A stretch of 64,000 nucleotides of DNA from Octopus sinensis (GCF_006345805.1 NC_043014.1:32550001-32614000), one strand, 5' to 3'. Counted from the first letter of the stretch, positions 1-12,917 are shown. Program-made: numbers and translations. Notes: generated by a model from the letters alone, not told the origin.

Positions 1-250
1 AAACTCCTTTTCCTTGAAAAAAATATGTATCTATACAAAGTTTTAGTCATCTAAGAGCAAATATATGGCCTTCAACATGAAAAGCACATAAACACATTGA
101 CTCAGACATGCAGGAAGTAAATAGACAACTTTAATTTTCAAAATTTCTGATCTAAGTGTCTTAATATGTTTTCAGTGGTGTAGAATTTACAATGTAATTA
201 TTCTTTTTCATTCCAGGTGCCATTATATTAAACATTTGCAAAGAGTAACC

Positions 251-545
251 ATGCCATGCACGAAAAATTCAACACAACTATCAGATTTTCAAAGAGGTTG
301 TATTGTAGGGCAATCTGAGGTTGGTCTTATCCAGCGAAAGATTGCCGAAAGTCTTCAAATTCCTCTTGCTACTGTTAATAGAATTATAGTGTAATTCAAA
401 AGCCAAGGAAAAGAATCAACAGATTCTTGTCCCAGCCAACCTGGGCCCTCAGAAAGAAAGCTCCGCTGTTTGAAGAGAATTGTGGCAAACAAACCCCATT
501 CGAAGGCTTCTGACATTGCAAAACAGCTAGAAGTTAGTTCAAGAA
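251..545 (+). pseudogene. Tc1-family transposase N-terminal (paired-like HTH) fragment
   Basis: ATG at 251 reads MPCTKNSTQLSDFQRGCIVGQSEVGLIQRKIAESLQIPLATVNRII...KRIVANKPHSKASDIAKQLEVSSR. In-frame TAA at 392-394. Truncated by the RTE 3' end. Confidence 0.85.
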
Positions 546-546
546 T

Positions 547-1813
547 GTGTGTTACATGCCTTTTACATGCCACCGGCATGGGAGCCAGTCATGTGGCACT
601 GGCATCGACCACGCTCAAATGGTGCTTTTTATATGCCACTGGCATGGGGATCAGTCAAGTGACACTGGCAACAATCATGATCAAATGGTACTTTTAATAT
701 TCCACTGGCACAGGTGCCACTTAGGTGGTACTGTCATTGGCCATGACAAAGATTTTACCTGCCTCAATAGGTCTTCACAAGTACCGTTTATTGCCTAGTG
801 ATTGAAGGGTACTCTTAAATGGGCTAGTTATACTGCACTGGCATAGGCCATGATTACTGTCTCACTGAGCTTGCTGAGTCTTCTCAAGCACAGCATATCT
901 CCAAAGGTCTCAGTCACTTATCATCTCCTCGGTGAGGCCCTATGTTCGAAGGTCATGCTTCACCACCTCATCCCAGGTCTTCCTGGGTCTACCTCTTCCA
1001 CAGGTTCCTTCTACTGCTAGGGTGTGACACTTTTTTTCACAGCTGTCCTCATCATATGCAACACATGACCATACCAGCTCAGTCATCTCTCTTGCACACC
1101 ACATCTGATGCTTCTTAAGTCCAACTCTCATGGCACTTACACTCTGTTGCGTATGCACACTGACATTACACATCCAGCAGAGCATACTGGCTTCATTCCT
1201 TTCAAGCTTACACATGTCCTCAGCATTCACAGCCACTGTTTCACTGCTATGTAGCACGGCTGTTTGCACACATGCATCATACAATCTATCTTTTACTCTG
1301 AGCGAGAGGCCCTTTGTCACCAAGGGAGGTAGGACCTCTCTGAACTTTGTCCAGGCTATTCTTATTCTAGCAGCTACACTTTCAGAGCATCCACCTCTGC
1401 AACTGACTTGGCCACCTAGGCAACAGAATCTTTCAACTACTTCTATTTTTTCCCCTGGAATGTGACAGGAGCTATTTTCTGCACATTTTCAGTGTTTATT
1501 GCTCCTGAGCATTTGCCACACACAAAAGCTATCTTCCCAGTTAGCCTTCTTTTGATATTGCCTCACCTCTTATGTGTCCATAGCTTACACTGTGTACATC
1601 TTATAGAGTTTCTACCTACACATTTTCTATAGATTGAGCAAGGCCATCAACCTGAAGGTATTTGTGGTTTGTCTGCCTTCCTACTTATTAAGACTTTGGT
1701 TTTTGCTAGATTGACTCTGAGGCCCTTAGATTCTAGACCTTGCTTCCACACCTGAAACCTCTCCTCTAGTTCTGATAGTGACTCAGCTATTAGAGCTAGG
1801 TCATCAGCATATA
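547..1813 (-). mobile_element. 5'-truncated RTE-clade LINE (RT C-terminal half plus repeat-containing 3' UTR)
   Basis: Minus strand reads YADDLALIAESLSELEERFQVWKQGLESKGLRVNLAKTK at ~1813-1700 and GRGRPRKTWDEVVKHDL at ~1010-950. Stops/frameshifts present. The 3' UTR with ~70-bp subrepeats lies at 547-830. Confidence 0.9.
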
Positions 1814-1825
1814 CATATATATATT

Positions 1826-2050
1826 TATGTTTGTGTCTGTGTATGTCTGTGTTTATCCCCCACCATCACTTGACAACCGATGTTGGTGTGTTTATGTCCC
1901 CATAGCAGTTCAGCAAAGTGACTGACAGAATAAGTACTAGGCTTACAAAGAATAAGTCCTGGGGTTGATTTCTTCGACTGAAACCCTTTAAGACAATACT
2001 CCAGCATGACCGCACACAAATGACTGAAACAAGTAAAAGAATAAAAGAAA
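1826..2050 (+). mobile_element. SINE family A, 3' half
   Basis: gtttgtgtctgtg...gatagaataagtactaggcttacaaagaataagtcctgggg...aaatgactgaaacaagtaaaag, shared with about 20 copies in the window. Confidence 0.85.
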
Positions 2051-2404
2051 ATAAAGAATGCATTAAGATACATGTGCACATATACACATAGATGCACATA
2101 CATGTGCAAATATATATCCTAATCAACATATGCACTCCAATATATTTATGACTCTCTATACAGCAGATATCAAGCTACAGCCATAAGACATCATACAATT
2201 GTGACATAATATCATCCTATTCTGATTTACTCTACAACTGGCAATAGCAATAACATGAAGAATATTTTTGACTATGCTGAAGCCATAAATTGATTCCGTC
2301 TAACCTCTTTCCTTTAGCTTTCTTCTTCCATCTTCTTCCATCTTCTTCCAAATGACCATTTTCTTATGACAGTCTGATTTAGTGGAATATCTTGTTCCTG
2401 TTCC

Positions 2405-2406
2405 TC

Positions 2407-2442
<36 letters not shown>

Positions 2443-2507
2443 TTTCTTTCTTTCTTTCATGGTCTTTCATTTATATAAAATCATACATACATACATATAT
2501 ATATACG

Positions 2508-2587
<80 letters not shown>

Positions 2588-2628
2588 GCACATATATATA
2601 CATATTTATATATGTATGCCTATATATA

Positions 2629-2670
<42 letters not shown>

Positions 2671-2964
2671 CAAACACACACACACATATGCACATATATA
2701 TACATATCTATATTTATATATATATATATATATATATACAACACACACACACACACAAATATATAGGCATACATATTGCGTCTCTCTCTCTCTCTCTTTC
2801 ACTCTCTCTCTCTCTACTCTCTCTCTCTCTCTCTCACTCTCTCTATACATATACACACACATATTTATATACATATGTATATATATAGAGAGAGAGATAG
2901 ACAGACAGGCAGAGAAAGAGAGAGATACATATATGTACACACATATGTGCATGCATGTATACAC

Positions 2965-3000
<36 letters not shown>
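2405..3000. repeat. Compound microsatellite (TTTC/TA/CA/TC/GA)
   Basis: Directly visible; source of the spurious 168- and 283-aa ORFs. Confidence 0.95.
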
Positions 3001-3001
<1 letters not shown>

Positions 3002-3429
3002 CTCATAAAACTTACCTCTTTCTCCCAGCACAACCTTCCAACTGCTTTTCGCCTCTGTCCATCTTCCTCTCTGCTTATGTTTTTCCTTATAGAGCTCTTT
3101 TCATCTGTTTCTCTTGTCTTTGTTTTTCATTTTAACCTTACAGATATCAATGTATATCTTTCCTTTATTTATACATACACACATACACATGATATATATA
3201 TGGGTGTATATATTATTTTATTCTCTTGCTTGCTTCAGTCATTTCACTGTGGACATCCTGAGGCACTGCCTTTAGTTGAACAAATCAACCCTAGGACTTA
3301 TTCTTTGTAAGCCTAGTATTTATTCTACCAGTCTATTTTGCTGAACTGCTAAGTTACAGAGCTGTAAACACACCAACATCAGTTGTCAAGTGATGATGGG
3401 AGGACAAACAGACACATAAATATATACAT

Positions 3430-3463
<34 letters not shown>

Positions 3464-3520
3464 ACGTGTGTGTGTGTGTGTATACATATATATACATATA
3501 TATATATATAATATATATAT

Positions 3521-3551
<31 letters not shown>

Positions 3552-3569
3552 CACATATATATACACACA

Positions 3570-3879
3570 CATTGGACTGGTGGTATGTAAAAAGCACTAT
3601 CCAAATCATGGCCGATGCCAGCGCCGCCTCGACTGGCTTCCATGCTGGTGGCACGTAAAAAGCACCAATCCGACCGTGGCCGTTGCCAGCCTCGCCTGGC
3701 ACCTGTGCGGGTGGTACGTAAAAAGCACCCACTACACTCACGGAGTGGTTGGCGTTAGGAAGGGCATCCAGCTGTAGAAACATTGCCAGATAAGACTGGA
3801 GCCTGGTGCAACCTTCTGGCTTCCCAGATCCCCGGTCGAACCGTCCAACCCATGCTAGCATGGAGAACGGACGTTAAAC

Positions 3880-3915
<36 letters not shown>
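3570..3915 (+). mobile_element. RTE-tail-derived short element ending in (GAT)n
   Basis: ggagtggttggcgttaggaagggcatccagc...catgctagcatggagaacggacgttaaacgatgatg. Related copies at ~8555-8790(-), 9700-9972, 23030-23240, 26850-27065, 34335-34445, 42315-42590, 45960-46200(-), 52195-52400(-), 57850-58050(-). Confidence 0.85.
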
Positions 3916-3924
3916 ATATATACT

Positions 3925-6270
3925 TCATCATGATTTTAGTGATTAAGCTATTTTATATGCTTTTCTATGGTGTTTCTTCCCTACCTGATTATTTTAATAC
4001 TTTATAATTACCTTTAGAGAAACCTAAATTTTTGTACCCCTGTAAATCCATACTTAGCTTATAAAAAACAATATGGGTATTTTCACAATTTAAAACTAAA
4101 CTGCTAAAATTAAACTGCCTAAATTATAATTTAACTAATTTATAATAAATTCGTTCTCTCATCTCAACGATAAATCTTCCTGATAACCCTAAATTTTAAC
4201 TTTTTACAATAATGACTTATTGTTTAAAATAGTTTTAGTAACTAAGTTTTTTATCTCTCTCATAAAGTGCTCCATCCTCTTAATTTTGGTATTTATATTG
4301 GTTTTATACAAACTGCCCTTCTAATTAAGTACCCTTAAGAAACTGTAATATCATTTATGGATTAACACAAATAACTTTTGAAATCTATATTATACCTCTT
4401 AATTTAATATTAGTATATGATTAGCATGTCCTTTTAACATCAATTATTCTTTCAACCAATACCGAGTTTTATTTCTGATTATTGTAAGCTAAATAAGTTA
4501 ATTAACAATTTTTAGCTCATAAATTATTATACATTTTCTATAAATATTTGCTATTGGAGTTAATAAGGTATGGATATTTTATTATGGTTTTTAGTGATTA
4601 GGCTGTTTTTATTCCTTTTCCATAATGCTCTACCCTAACTGATCATTTTTATTATTGTTATTATTGTAATTTTATAGTAGCTTTAAATAAATCTAATCCT
4701 TGTACCCCTATTAATTCATGCTCAGCTTATATAAGGCAATACCGGTATCTCAACAACTTAAAAGAGTTCAATTTAATTAAATCAGTATATAGTTGACATG
4801 TTCTTTAACCTCAGTTGCTCCTTTATCAAATACCAGTTAAATCATCTTGATCAATCTCCATAGAAACCTTATAATAAATTAATATTTAGATAAGTAATAA
4901 GTAAATAAATATTAAACTATTTCTTTGCAATTTTCTTTTCCTCCCTCTATTGTGGTAAAAATTTGGTATATACTCAAAATATTCAAAGAAGTTTTATCCT
5001 TTTGTTAAAATTTCATCTCTCTATATATAAACGGCAGTTTGTCTGTCTGTGTGTCTGTGTGTCTGTCAGGTTGTACCCTCACCCTGACCACGGCTTTCAA
5101 CCGATTCTGATGAAACTTGACACACACACAGCCCAATGTCATAATTCAAAACTAACGCAGCGAAAATTTTGAAAAGTTCCCCCAGTTTTGAAAAAAATCG
5201 ATAAATTCGACATGGGGTCGAGAATCTAAGCTTTTTATATGCAACACATTTTCTGTCAGGAGACAGCTAGGAACATCGTATACATAGAAGTGTTCGAGTG
5301 AAGAGAAGACGTTGCAACCTACACATGCACCTTCGTTCCCTAGAGGGAAAGAACTAGATTGGGATTAGTCGTTGCCTACTAGGGGCTCTTACATACCCGG
5401 GCAACGCCGGGCTATGCTGCTAGTTCTTAATAATCTTGATTACCCTAAATTTTAACTTTATACAATGAGACAATATTGTTTGAAAAGATCTTTAGAAATT
5501 ACTTGGTTTATCTCTTTCTTAAATGGCTCTACCCTTCTGATCTTAGTATTTATAAGGGCCGTTATATAAATAACCCTTCTAAACAAGTACCACTAAGAAA
5601 CTATAAATATCATCTAGGGAGTAACAATAATAACTTCTTAAACCTATAATATAACCCTTAATTTAAAAAAAAAGATTAGTGTAAAATATGATTGTTCCAT
5701 TAATTAAATATTCCTTTAGCTGATACCAAGATCAGTCTTTTATTGATATTAGCTAAATAAGTAAATATATAATTTTTAGTCTAATATATTTTGAAATATA
5801 CTTTTTCTAAAAATCTTCTCTATTGGTGTTAACAAGCTACATGTACTTTACCATAGTATTAGTAATTAAGCCAATTTATTTCCTTTTCTATGATGTTCTG
5901 CCCTACTTGATTATTTTATTTTATTTCTTTATTATTTTATAATTAGCTTTTATTTGTTTATAAAATTAATCTAATTTTTGTATCTCTATAAATTCATACT
6001 TAGCTTATATAAAACTATACTGGTATATTCACTACTTATAAAAAAAAACTACTTAGATTAAAGTTTTATTGATATATAATTAGCATGTCCCTTTACCCCA
6101 ATACTCCTTTATTAATACCAGTACATACCAATTAATCAATATTCACAGATACCATCTGATGAGTTAGTATTTAAGTATATAGTATGTATAAATATTAAAC
6201 TATTTTTGGATAATTTCTTTTCCTCCCTCTATTGTGGTAAAAGTTTAGTATATACTCAAAAGTATTCATA
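3925..6270. repeat. Ancient degenerate AT-rich tandem/segmental repeat (about 800-bp block 4187-4985 repeated at 5441-6265, plus internal subrepeats)
   Basis: Shared anchors: ccctaaattttaac (4187/5443), tagtgattaagct-like (3936/4592/5860), gcatgtcc (4424/4796/6084), ttttcctccctctattgtggtaaaa (4935/6218). Confidence 0.7.
5016..5423 (+). mobile_element. Non-autonomous Helitron (~408 bp)
   Basis: 5' A|TCTCTCTATATATAA; 3' hairpin CCCGG-gcaacg-CCGGG (5396-5411) followed by CTAG|T (5420-5424); inserted between A and T. Confidence 0.85.
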
Positions 6271-6538
6271 AATTTGCAACCGGTGTTGGTGTATTTACAT
6301 CTCCGTTATTCGTCGGTTTCGGCCAAAAGCACTAAAAGAATAAATATCTGGCTTAAAAAATAAGTTGATTCATTCAAGTCGATTCATTCAACTAAAATTT
6401 TTCAAGGTGGTGCCCCAGCATGGTCGCATTCTAATAACTGAAACAAGTAAAAGCTAAAAGATAAATCCTCAAAGACTACCTCAGCATGGTTGTAGCCAAA
6501 TGAATGGAACATGTAAAAGCTAAATGATAAGAGCTATA

Positions 6539-6858
6539 CATTAATCCCTTGCCATTTCGCGGTTCACCTATCACAGTTCACCTATCGCAGTTCACCTACT
6601 GTGGTTCACCTATTGTGGTTCACATATCGCAGTTCACCTACTGCGGTTCACCTATTGTGGTTCACCTATCGCAGTTTATTATTTAAGCTTATATTGATTC
6701 CCCCATGGTGTTGTTTTGCATTTATAATAAAATAAATATATACAAATTATAAAAGTAATTTTAAAAATATACAGTACATTACTGCTTCTACTTCATGGAT
6801 TTTCACCTATTGCAGTGGATTTGGGAACGTAACACCCATGATAGTCGAGGGATTACTG
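6539..6858. mobile_element. pogo/Tigger-like MITE with internal 14-bp minisatellite
   Basis: TA + cattaatcccttg ... cgagggattactg (TIR of CAGTAATCCCTCG type); about 8 copies of gttcacctatcgca at 6561-6675. Confidence 0.7.
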
Positions 6859-7554
6859 AAAATATATAAGGCAAGTTGGCAGAGCTGTATGGGGTGTTGG
6901 ATAGTATGCTTCATATGCCTCACTTTATTCATTTCAATTTCCTGCATTCTAAGTTCAAATCCTGCCGAGGTCAACTGTGTTTTTCATCCTTTTAAGGACA
7001 ATTGAAAACTTACCAGTCAGATATCAGTGCATTGGCAATATTGACAAAGCAGCAGATTAGATGCCATGGCTGCAGCACTATGCATTCTGAGTTCAAATCC
7101 TTATCCATCATTAAAAATGGCAATGCTTCCATCAGGAGTTGCAGCCAATAATTAGTGTCAGCATTTAAAAAAACAACAGGAACTGGCCAAATCTGGTTCA
7201 AGTGGACAATGAACTTTCACTTTCACTAAATACTTGTATGCATATATGTGCATGTGAGTCTGTGCATGTGTGTGTGTGTGTGTGTGTAGGTGATGTCATG
7301 GCTTGTATGGTACAGAAGACCATTTTACACACCACATGGATTTGGTTGTTCAATCATACTGTATAGTACCGTGGATAAGTACTGCTCACTATAGCCCCAG
7401 ACCAATGAATGTGTCAGTGTTTGTCCCTCACTACCACTTGACAACTGGTGTTGGTGTGTTGATGTCCTTATAACTTAGTGGTTTGTCAAAGAAACCAATA
7501 GAATAAGTACCAGGCTTAAAAGAAAATAAAAAAATAATAATTACTATATAGACA

Positions 7555-7721
7555 TAGGAATGGCTGTGTGGTAAGTAGCTTGCTTACGAACCACATGGTT
7601 CCAGGTTCAGTCCCACTGCATGGCACCTAGGGCAAGTGTCTTCTACTATAGCTTCAGGCCGACCAAAGCCTTGTGAGTGGATTTGGTAGATGGAAACTGA
7701 AAGAAGCCCATCGTATATATG

Positions 7722-7796
<75 letters not shown>

Positions 7797-8064
7797 GTGT
7801 GTATATGTTTGTGTGTCTGTGTTTGTCCCCCCAACATCGCTTTACAACCGATGATGGTGTGTTTACGTCCCCCGTAACTTAGCGGTTCAGCAAAAGAGTC
7901 CGATAGAATAAGTACTACGCTTACAAAGAATAAGTCCTGGGGTCGATTTGCTCGACTAAAGTAAAAGCGAATAAAAGAGACTAATGTAGATTTATTCGAC
8001 TAAAAATTCTTCAAGATGGTGCCCCAACATGGTCACAGTCTAATGACTGAAAAGAATAAAAGAG
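7555..8064 (+). mobile_element. SINE family A, full length (tRNA-like head, internal (TA)n)
   Basis: A-box tggctgtgtggtaag, B-box ggttcagtccc, conserved body and gtaaaagag tail. Confidence 0.9.
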
Positions 8065-8494
8065 ATATTCCTTTAAAATTCACTGCAGGCATGTCTTATT
8101 CATAATGTCTAACATCCCGCTAACAGCTACATGTTGACAGCTTATAAAATACTTGTAAGATAAATTAATATTATCATTGTCATGGCTAAGGATGGGAATA
8201 TTAATAGGATGGACATATAATAAGATAAAAATAAAAATGTGTTATAATGAAATGGATTTGCAGAGACAAGGGACGATGTTAGCAGTATTGTTTCATACAA
8301 TAGCTAGTAATAATACCATTCAAGTACTGGGAGATTGATTTGTCTAGTTATAACTCTTCACTATTCTCAAAGCCGTGTGGCTTTGTGTCAATGGGAAAAA
8401 TCGTTAATATGATTTATCACATTTCTTATGATTGTCATAAAAGTCATCGTCGTCATTGTCGTCGTCATCATCATCATCGTCGTCATCATCATCG

Positions 8495-8528
<34 letters not shown>

Positions 8529-8917
8529 GACGATGACGTTTATGATAATCATCATCATCATTTAAGGTCTGTTTTTCATGCTGGCATGGGTTGGATGTTT
8601 TGACATGAAGCTGGCCAGCCAGGGAGCTGTCCAAACTCCAACTGTCTGCAGTAGCATGGTTTCTATGGCTGGATATCCTTCCTAATGCCAACCACAGAGT
8701 GTGCTGGGTGCCTTTTACATGCCACTGCCATAGGTGTGTTTATATGGCACTGGCACGAGAGCACTTTATGTGGCACTGACACCTATAAAGGAGAAGCCTG
8801 TAGGTATGGATAACAGGGATTTTACTTAGTTTGGTGTATCTCTGAATTACAGTAAATTGCCACATGATAAGTGTATACAGTGTTTAGACAAAATAATGAT
8901 GACACCTTATTATTAAA

Positions 8918-9137
8918 CCCTTTAGCATTTAAACTGGCCAAATCTGGTTCAAATATTCTACATGTTTTTACAGTCAAATTGGCCATATCTAACCTCTCAC
9001 ACATAAACTACACTAACATTTTAAAACTAAACAATCACATCTTTGAAACCTCAAAGCTATAAGATGATGCATGATTAATTCAAACAATTTGAATGAAAAA
9101 GCATTATATTTAACCGAGTCACCTGAATGCTAAAGGG
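8918..9137. mobile_element. piggyBac-like MITE (220 bp)
   Basis: TIRs ccctttagcatt / aatgctaaaggg; TTAA at 9138-9141, ttaaa on the left. Confidence 0.75.
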
Positions 9138-9399
9138 TTAATTCAGAGCTGGTCCAACTTTGGTAACAATTGTAACTTTAATATGTCAAGGGACAATGCA
9201 GTGAGTGGGAAAAATCGGCCAGGTGAACTGCTAAGCAGTATTTTGGCCATCTTTATGTTCTGACTTCAAATTCTACCAGGGTTGATTTTGCTTTTCATTC
9301 TTTTGGGGTCAATAGAATAAGTACCAGTTGAGCACTGAGGTTGACATAATCAATATACCCCTCCCCCAAAATTGCTGGTCTTATGCCCAAATTTGGAAG

Positions 9400-9937
9400 C
9401 AGTATGTCAAAAGATTGTTATACAGGTTCTGAGTGGTTTTTAGAAGAATTCTGAACCATTCATCAAGTAAACCTTACTTTAGTTCTTTCAGCAGGAAGCA
9501 GGCCCTCCCTTGCTTTTACAAAACGTACCATAGATGTTCAATTATACAGAGATCTAGTGATTGTAAGGGCCAATCCAAGTAGCCTACTTCATTTTTGCAC
9601 TCTTCCTACAAATTTTGAATAACCTTTGCTATACTCAAGTAGACGCAACCTGCACAGCAAAAGTGTTAAGGCTGTATCATCTGCTGAAGAGGATTGGCCA
9701 GCAAGAGTCCTGAGCTGGCACCATGTAAAAGGCAATCATGCCAGTGTCGGGTAAATGCACTCGTGCCAGTGACACGTTAAAGTCACAAAGTTCACATTGT
9801 AAAGTGTTTGGTGTTAGGAAGGGCATCCAGCCATAGAAACCAAGCCAAATCAGACTGGAAGCTGGGGCAGCTCCCCAGCTTGCCAGCTCTGGTCAACCTG
9901 TCCAACCTATGCAGGCATGGAAAATGGACGTTAAACA

Positions 9938-9973
<36 letters not shown>

Positions 9974-10510
9974 AGCAGAGTTCACTAGTACATTACCACC
10001 TTAGAATACTGTGCTACCATCAGGAACGATGGATATGATCAGCCAAAATATTCAGATAATCCTTAGTGTTAACTCTTCTATGCAGAACAACTAAAGGGCC
10101 CAGAAAATTCCACATGGCTTCCCAAATCATTACAAAGCCACCAACCACAATGCTTCATGGTAGGAATCAAACTGTCTGGTTTGAATGTCTCATTATGTTT
10201 TCTGGTGAGCTGGCAGAAATGTTAGCACGCCGGGCGAAATGCTTAGCGGTATTTCGTCTGTCGTTATGTTCTGAGTTCAAATTCCGCCAAGGTCAACTTT
10301 GCCTTTCATCCTTTCGGGGTCGATAAATAAAGTACCAGTTTTGCACTGGGGTCGATGTAATCGATTCGATCCCTTTGTCTGTCCTTGTTTGTCCCTTCTA
10401 TGTTTAGACCCTTGTGTGTAGTAAAGAAAAATATGTTGTCTTCTGGCATAAACTCTTCTCAAAGTGAGACAATTTTGAATGATGATTCCTCAGAAAAGAT
10501 GGAATTGTGC
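9400..10510 (-). pseudogene. Tc1 (DD34E-type) transposase catalytic region split by two insertions
   Basis: Minus strand: FSEESSF (~10500), PTMKHCGG (~10150; cf. TVKHGGG), WPLQSLDLCIIEHLW (~9575-9530). Interrupted by an RTE-tail element (9700-9972) and SINE B (10204-10431). Confidence 0.8.
10204..10431 (+). mobile_element. SINE family B
   Basis: ggtgagctggcagaaatgttagcacgccgggcgaaatgcttagcgg...gagttcaaattccgcc...; near-full copies also at 34985-35210(-), 56361-56592(+), 61203-61420(-), plus many decayed ones. Confidence 0.9.
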
Positions 10511-11029
10511 CATTGAGCCATTGGTCACTTCTAATAATCCTGACACCCTTTTTACCACTTATCTATAAAAATGGGTGATAGCTGGCAGAATCATTAGCAT
10601 GCCAGGCAAAATACTTTAGCAGCATTTTGTCCATCTTTACATTCTGAGTTCAAATTCCACTGAGGTAGACATTGCTACTCATCCTTTTGGGGTCAATAAA
10701 ATAGGCGGCAAGCTGATTGAAACGTTAGCACGTCGGACGAAATGCTTACATTCTGAGTTCAAATTCTACTGAGGTAGTAGCAGTGGTGATACTGGTGGTG
10801 GTGGTGGTGGTGGTGGTGGAAGCAGCAGTGGTCTGACAGATCATCAATGTTTACTGTCAGATGATGAGAAAATATAGTAAGAGGTTATGTTCTATGTTGC
10901 ATGAAATTTTTGTTTTTGTTTGTTTTCGTTTGATTACAGCCATTGTTGGTGTTCCTGCTGTTCGTATATGTAAGTATTCGTATGTTGTATTTATATATAT
11001 ATGTATTTATGTTTCTTCCCTGTGTGTAT

Positions 11030-11084
11030 TCTACTGATGAGGTAAAGCATTCCTAAATGCAAAGTCAGAAATCCGGGATCTAGA
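11030..11084 (+). ncRNA. Candidate minimal type-I hammerhead ribozyme (Penelope-like), degenerate stem II
   Basis: tcta-CTGATGA(11034-40)-...gcatt/aatgc hairpin...-GAAA(11068-71)-TCCGGGA-TC|taga; stem I tcta/taga; near-palindromic stem III. Confidence 0.5.
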
Positions 11085-11832
11085 CTTATCCAGTAATTTT
11101 TTACTAGCTTCATCTTGTCTCTTTGTTTTCTCTCCGTGTTTGTGATATGAACAATTAAGATGGTTTTAGAGTCAGATCATGGATGCTATTTTCAGCATGG
11201 AGGTATCTCGTAGATACCCTACTTTATACTTTTAATAATTATTACCTTTGAAGATTATTTTTTCCATGTTGGCCACTTGATAAAATCGTTATTTTATTTT
11301 AAATTAACGATCTTATCCTTATTTATATAAATTATATATATATAATGTCGTATATATGTATATATATATATATGTATATATATGTGTATATATATATATA
11401 TGTATGTATGTGTGTGTATATGTTTGTGTGTCTGTGTTTGTCCCCCTAGCATTGCTTGACAACCGATGCTGGTGTGTTTACGTCCCCGTCACTTAGCGGT
11501 TCGGCAAAAGAGACCGATAGAATAAGTACTAGGCTTACAAAGAATATGTCCCGGGGTCGATGTGCTCGACTAAAAGGCAGTGCTCCAGCATGGCCGCAGT
11601 CAAATGACTGAAACAAGTAAAAGAGTAAAAGAGTATATATATATGATATATGATAGATCGTTAGCCACTACACACATTCTTTTTCTCTCCTTGTTTTTTC
11701 TGTGTCCTTTTCTGTAGAAGAGCATAAGCTTGAAACATAAAAGACTTTTTCTATTCCTGAGCGTTATACTAATACATCTGTTTGTTTTCTACCCCAACCC
11801 TGTCTTCGTCTTTTGTTTTTTTCATAAACTCT

Positions 11833-11900
<68 letters not shown>

Positions 11901-12135
11901 CGGAGGTGCAATGGCCCAGTGGTTAGGGCAGTGGACTCATGGTCAGAGGATCGCAGCTATGATTCCCAGACTGGGCGTTGTGTGTTTATTGAGTGAAAAC
12001 ACCTAAAAGCTCCATGAGGCTCCAGCAAGGGGTGGTGGCGACCCCTGTTGTACTCTTTCGCCCCAACTTTCTCTCACTCTTTCTTCCTGTTTCTTGAGTA
12101 ATGATGCGATGGACTGGCATCCCGTCCAGCTGGGT
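11901..12135 (+). mobile_element. tRNA-derived SINE family C
   Basis: ggaggtgcaatggcccagtggttagggcag...gattcccagac head; fuller copy at 49171-49466 (-). Confidence 0.8.
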
Positions 12136-12370
12136 GAAACACAGTTAAAGTATGGGAGCTGCCTATACTGCTAAGTGCTTTATAGGTGAGAAACCAATGG
12201 TCACTAGATGACCGGCCATGGTATTTCACTTCTCAAAAGAGTATATGACTGCTCTAATGTTTTAGAGAGTGCTTCCCTCTTGACTATGTGAACTGCTGCT
12301 GCTGCTGCTGCTGATGATGATGATGGTGATGATGATGATGATGAAGAAGAAGAAGAAGAAGAAGAAGAAG

Positions 12371-12401
<31 letters not shown>

Positions 12402-12584
12402 GTGTTTGTGTGTATCTATCTTGATATGATTCTTCTGAGTGTCCTCTACACTGTTTTATAAGGAAGCCTCTGCAAGCATAGATAATGTAGTAGGATGTGC
12501 CTGACATGATGGTATCATCTCAACAGTTTCAAACTAACTTTTCTCTTTCCATGATAAACCTGTTAATATTTATTTCAAGAAGAT

Positions 12585-12723
12585 TGAAATGAAGGAAATA
12601 AACCAAAGTTAACAATCAAAATATGTATTCTTTATTCCAACATAAAAACCTTTCCCATGGTCTTATGTTGGAATAAAGAATACATGTTTGGATTGTTAAC
12701 TTCATTTTATTTCTTTCATTTCA
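12585..12723. repeat. Fold-back palindrome, ~61-bp arms
   Basis: 12585-12645 is an approximate reverse complement of 12663-12723; 17-nt loop. Confidence 0.9.
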
Positions 12724-12917
12724 TATCTATCCTCCATATTTTTAAGAGGTCATGGGCCAACAGGTCTTTGAGATCTGACGATATGCCATAAAGCTAACCC
12801 CTTTATGGATGAGAAACCTAATGTAATCTCATAAACTGGCCTTCCCCAATTTTTAATATATACTGCTCAACATCTTAGAGCGTGCTTCTTTTACCAGATT
12901 TATGTTTTTTACAAATG

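Noticed and set aside
2382-3310. Long ORFs (168 and 283 aa) and the many similar YI/HT/CV-rich ORFs across the window
   Set aside because: Translations of dinucleotide and trinucleotide microsatellites that lack stop codons
6150-6200. CTGATGA motifs here and at 5107, 47804, 50719 as hammerheads
   Set aside because: No matching GAAA or stems; they lie within a Helitron, a transposase or LINE coding sequence
3925-6270. Mitochondrial insertion (NUMT) or viral gene
   Set aside because: No recognisable mt rRNA/tRNA/COX motifs or viral hallmark; stops in all frames
9492-9620. Plus-strand exon-like open frame
   Set aside because: It is the antisense of the Tc1 WPxQSPDL region
11901-11975. tRNA gene
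   Set aside because: tRNA-like SINE head with a decayed B-box that continues into SINE body; no cloverleaf
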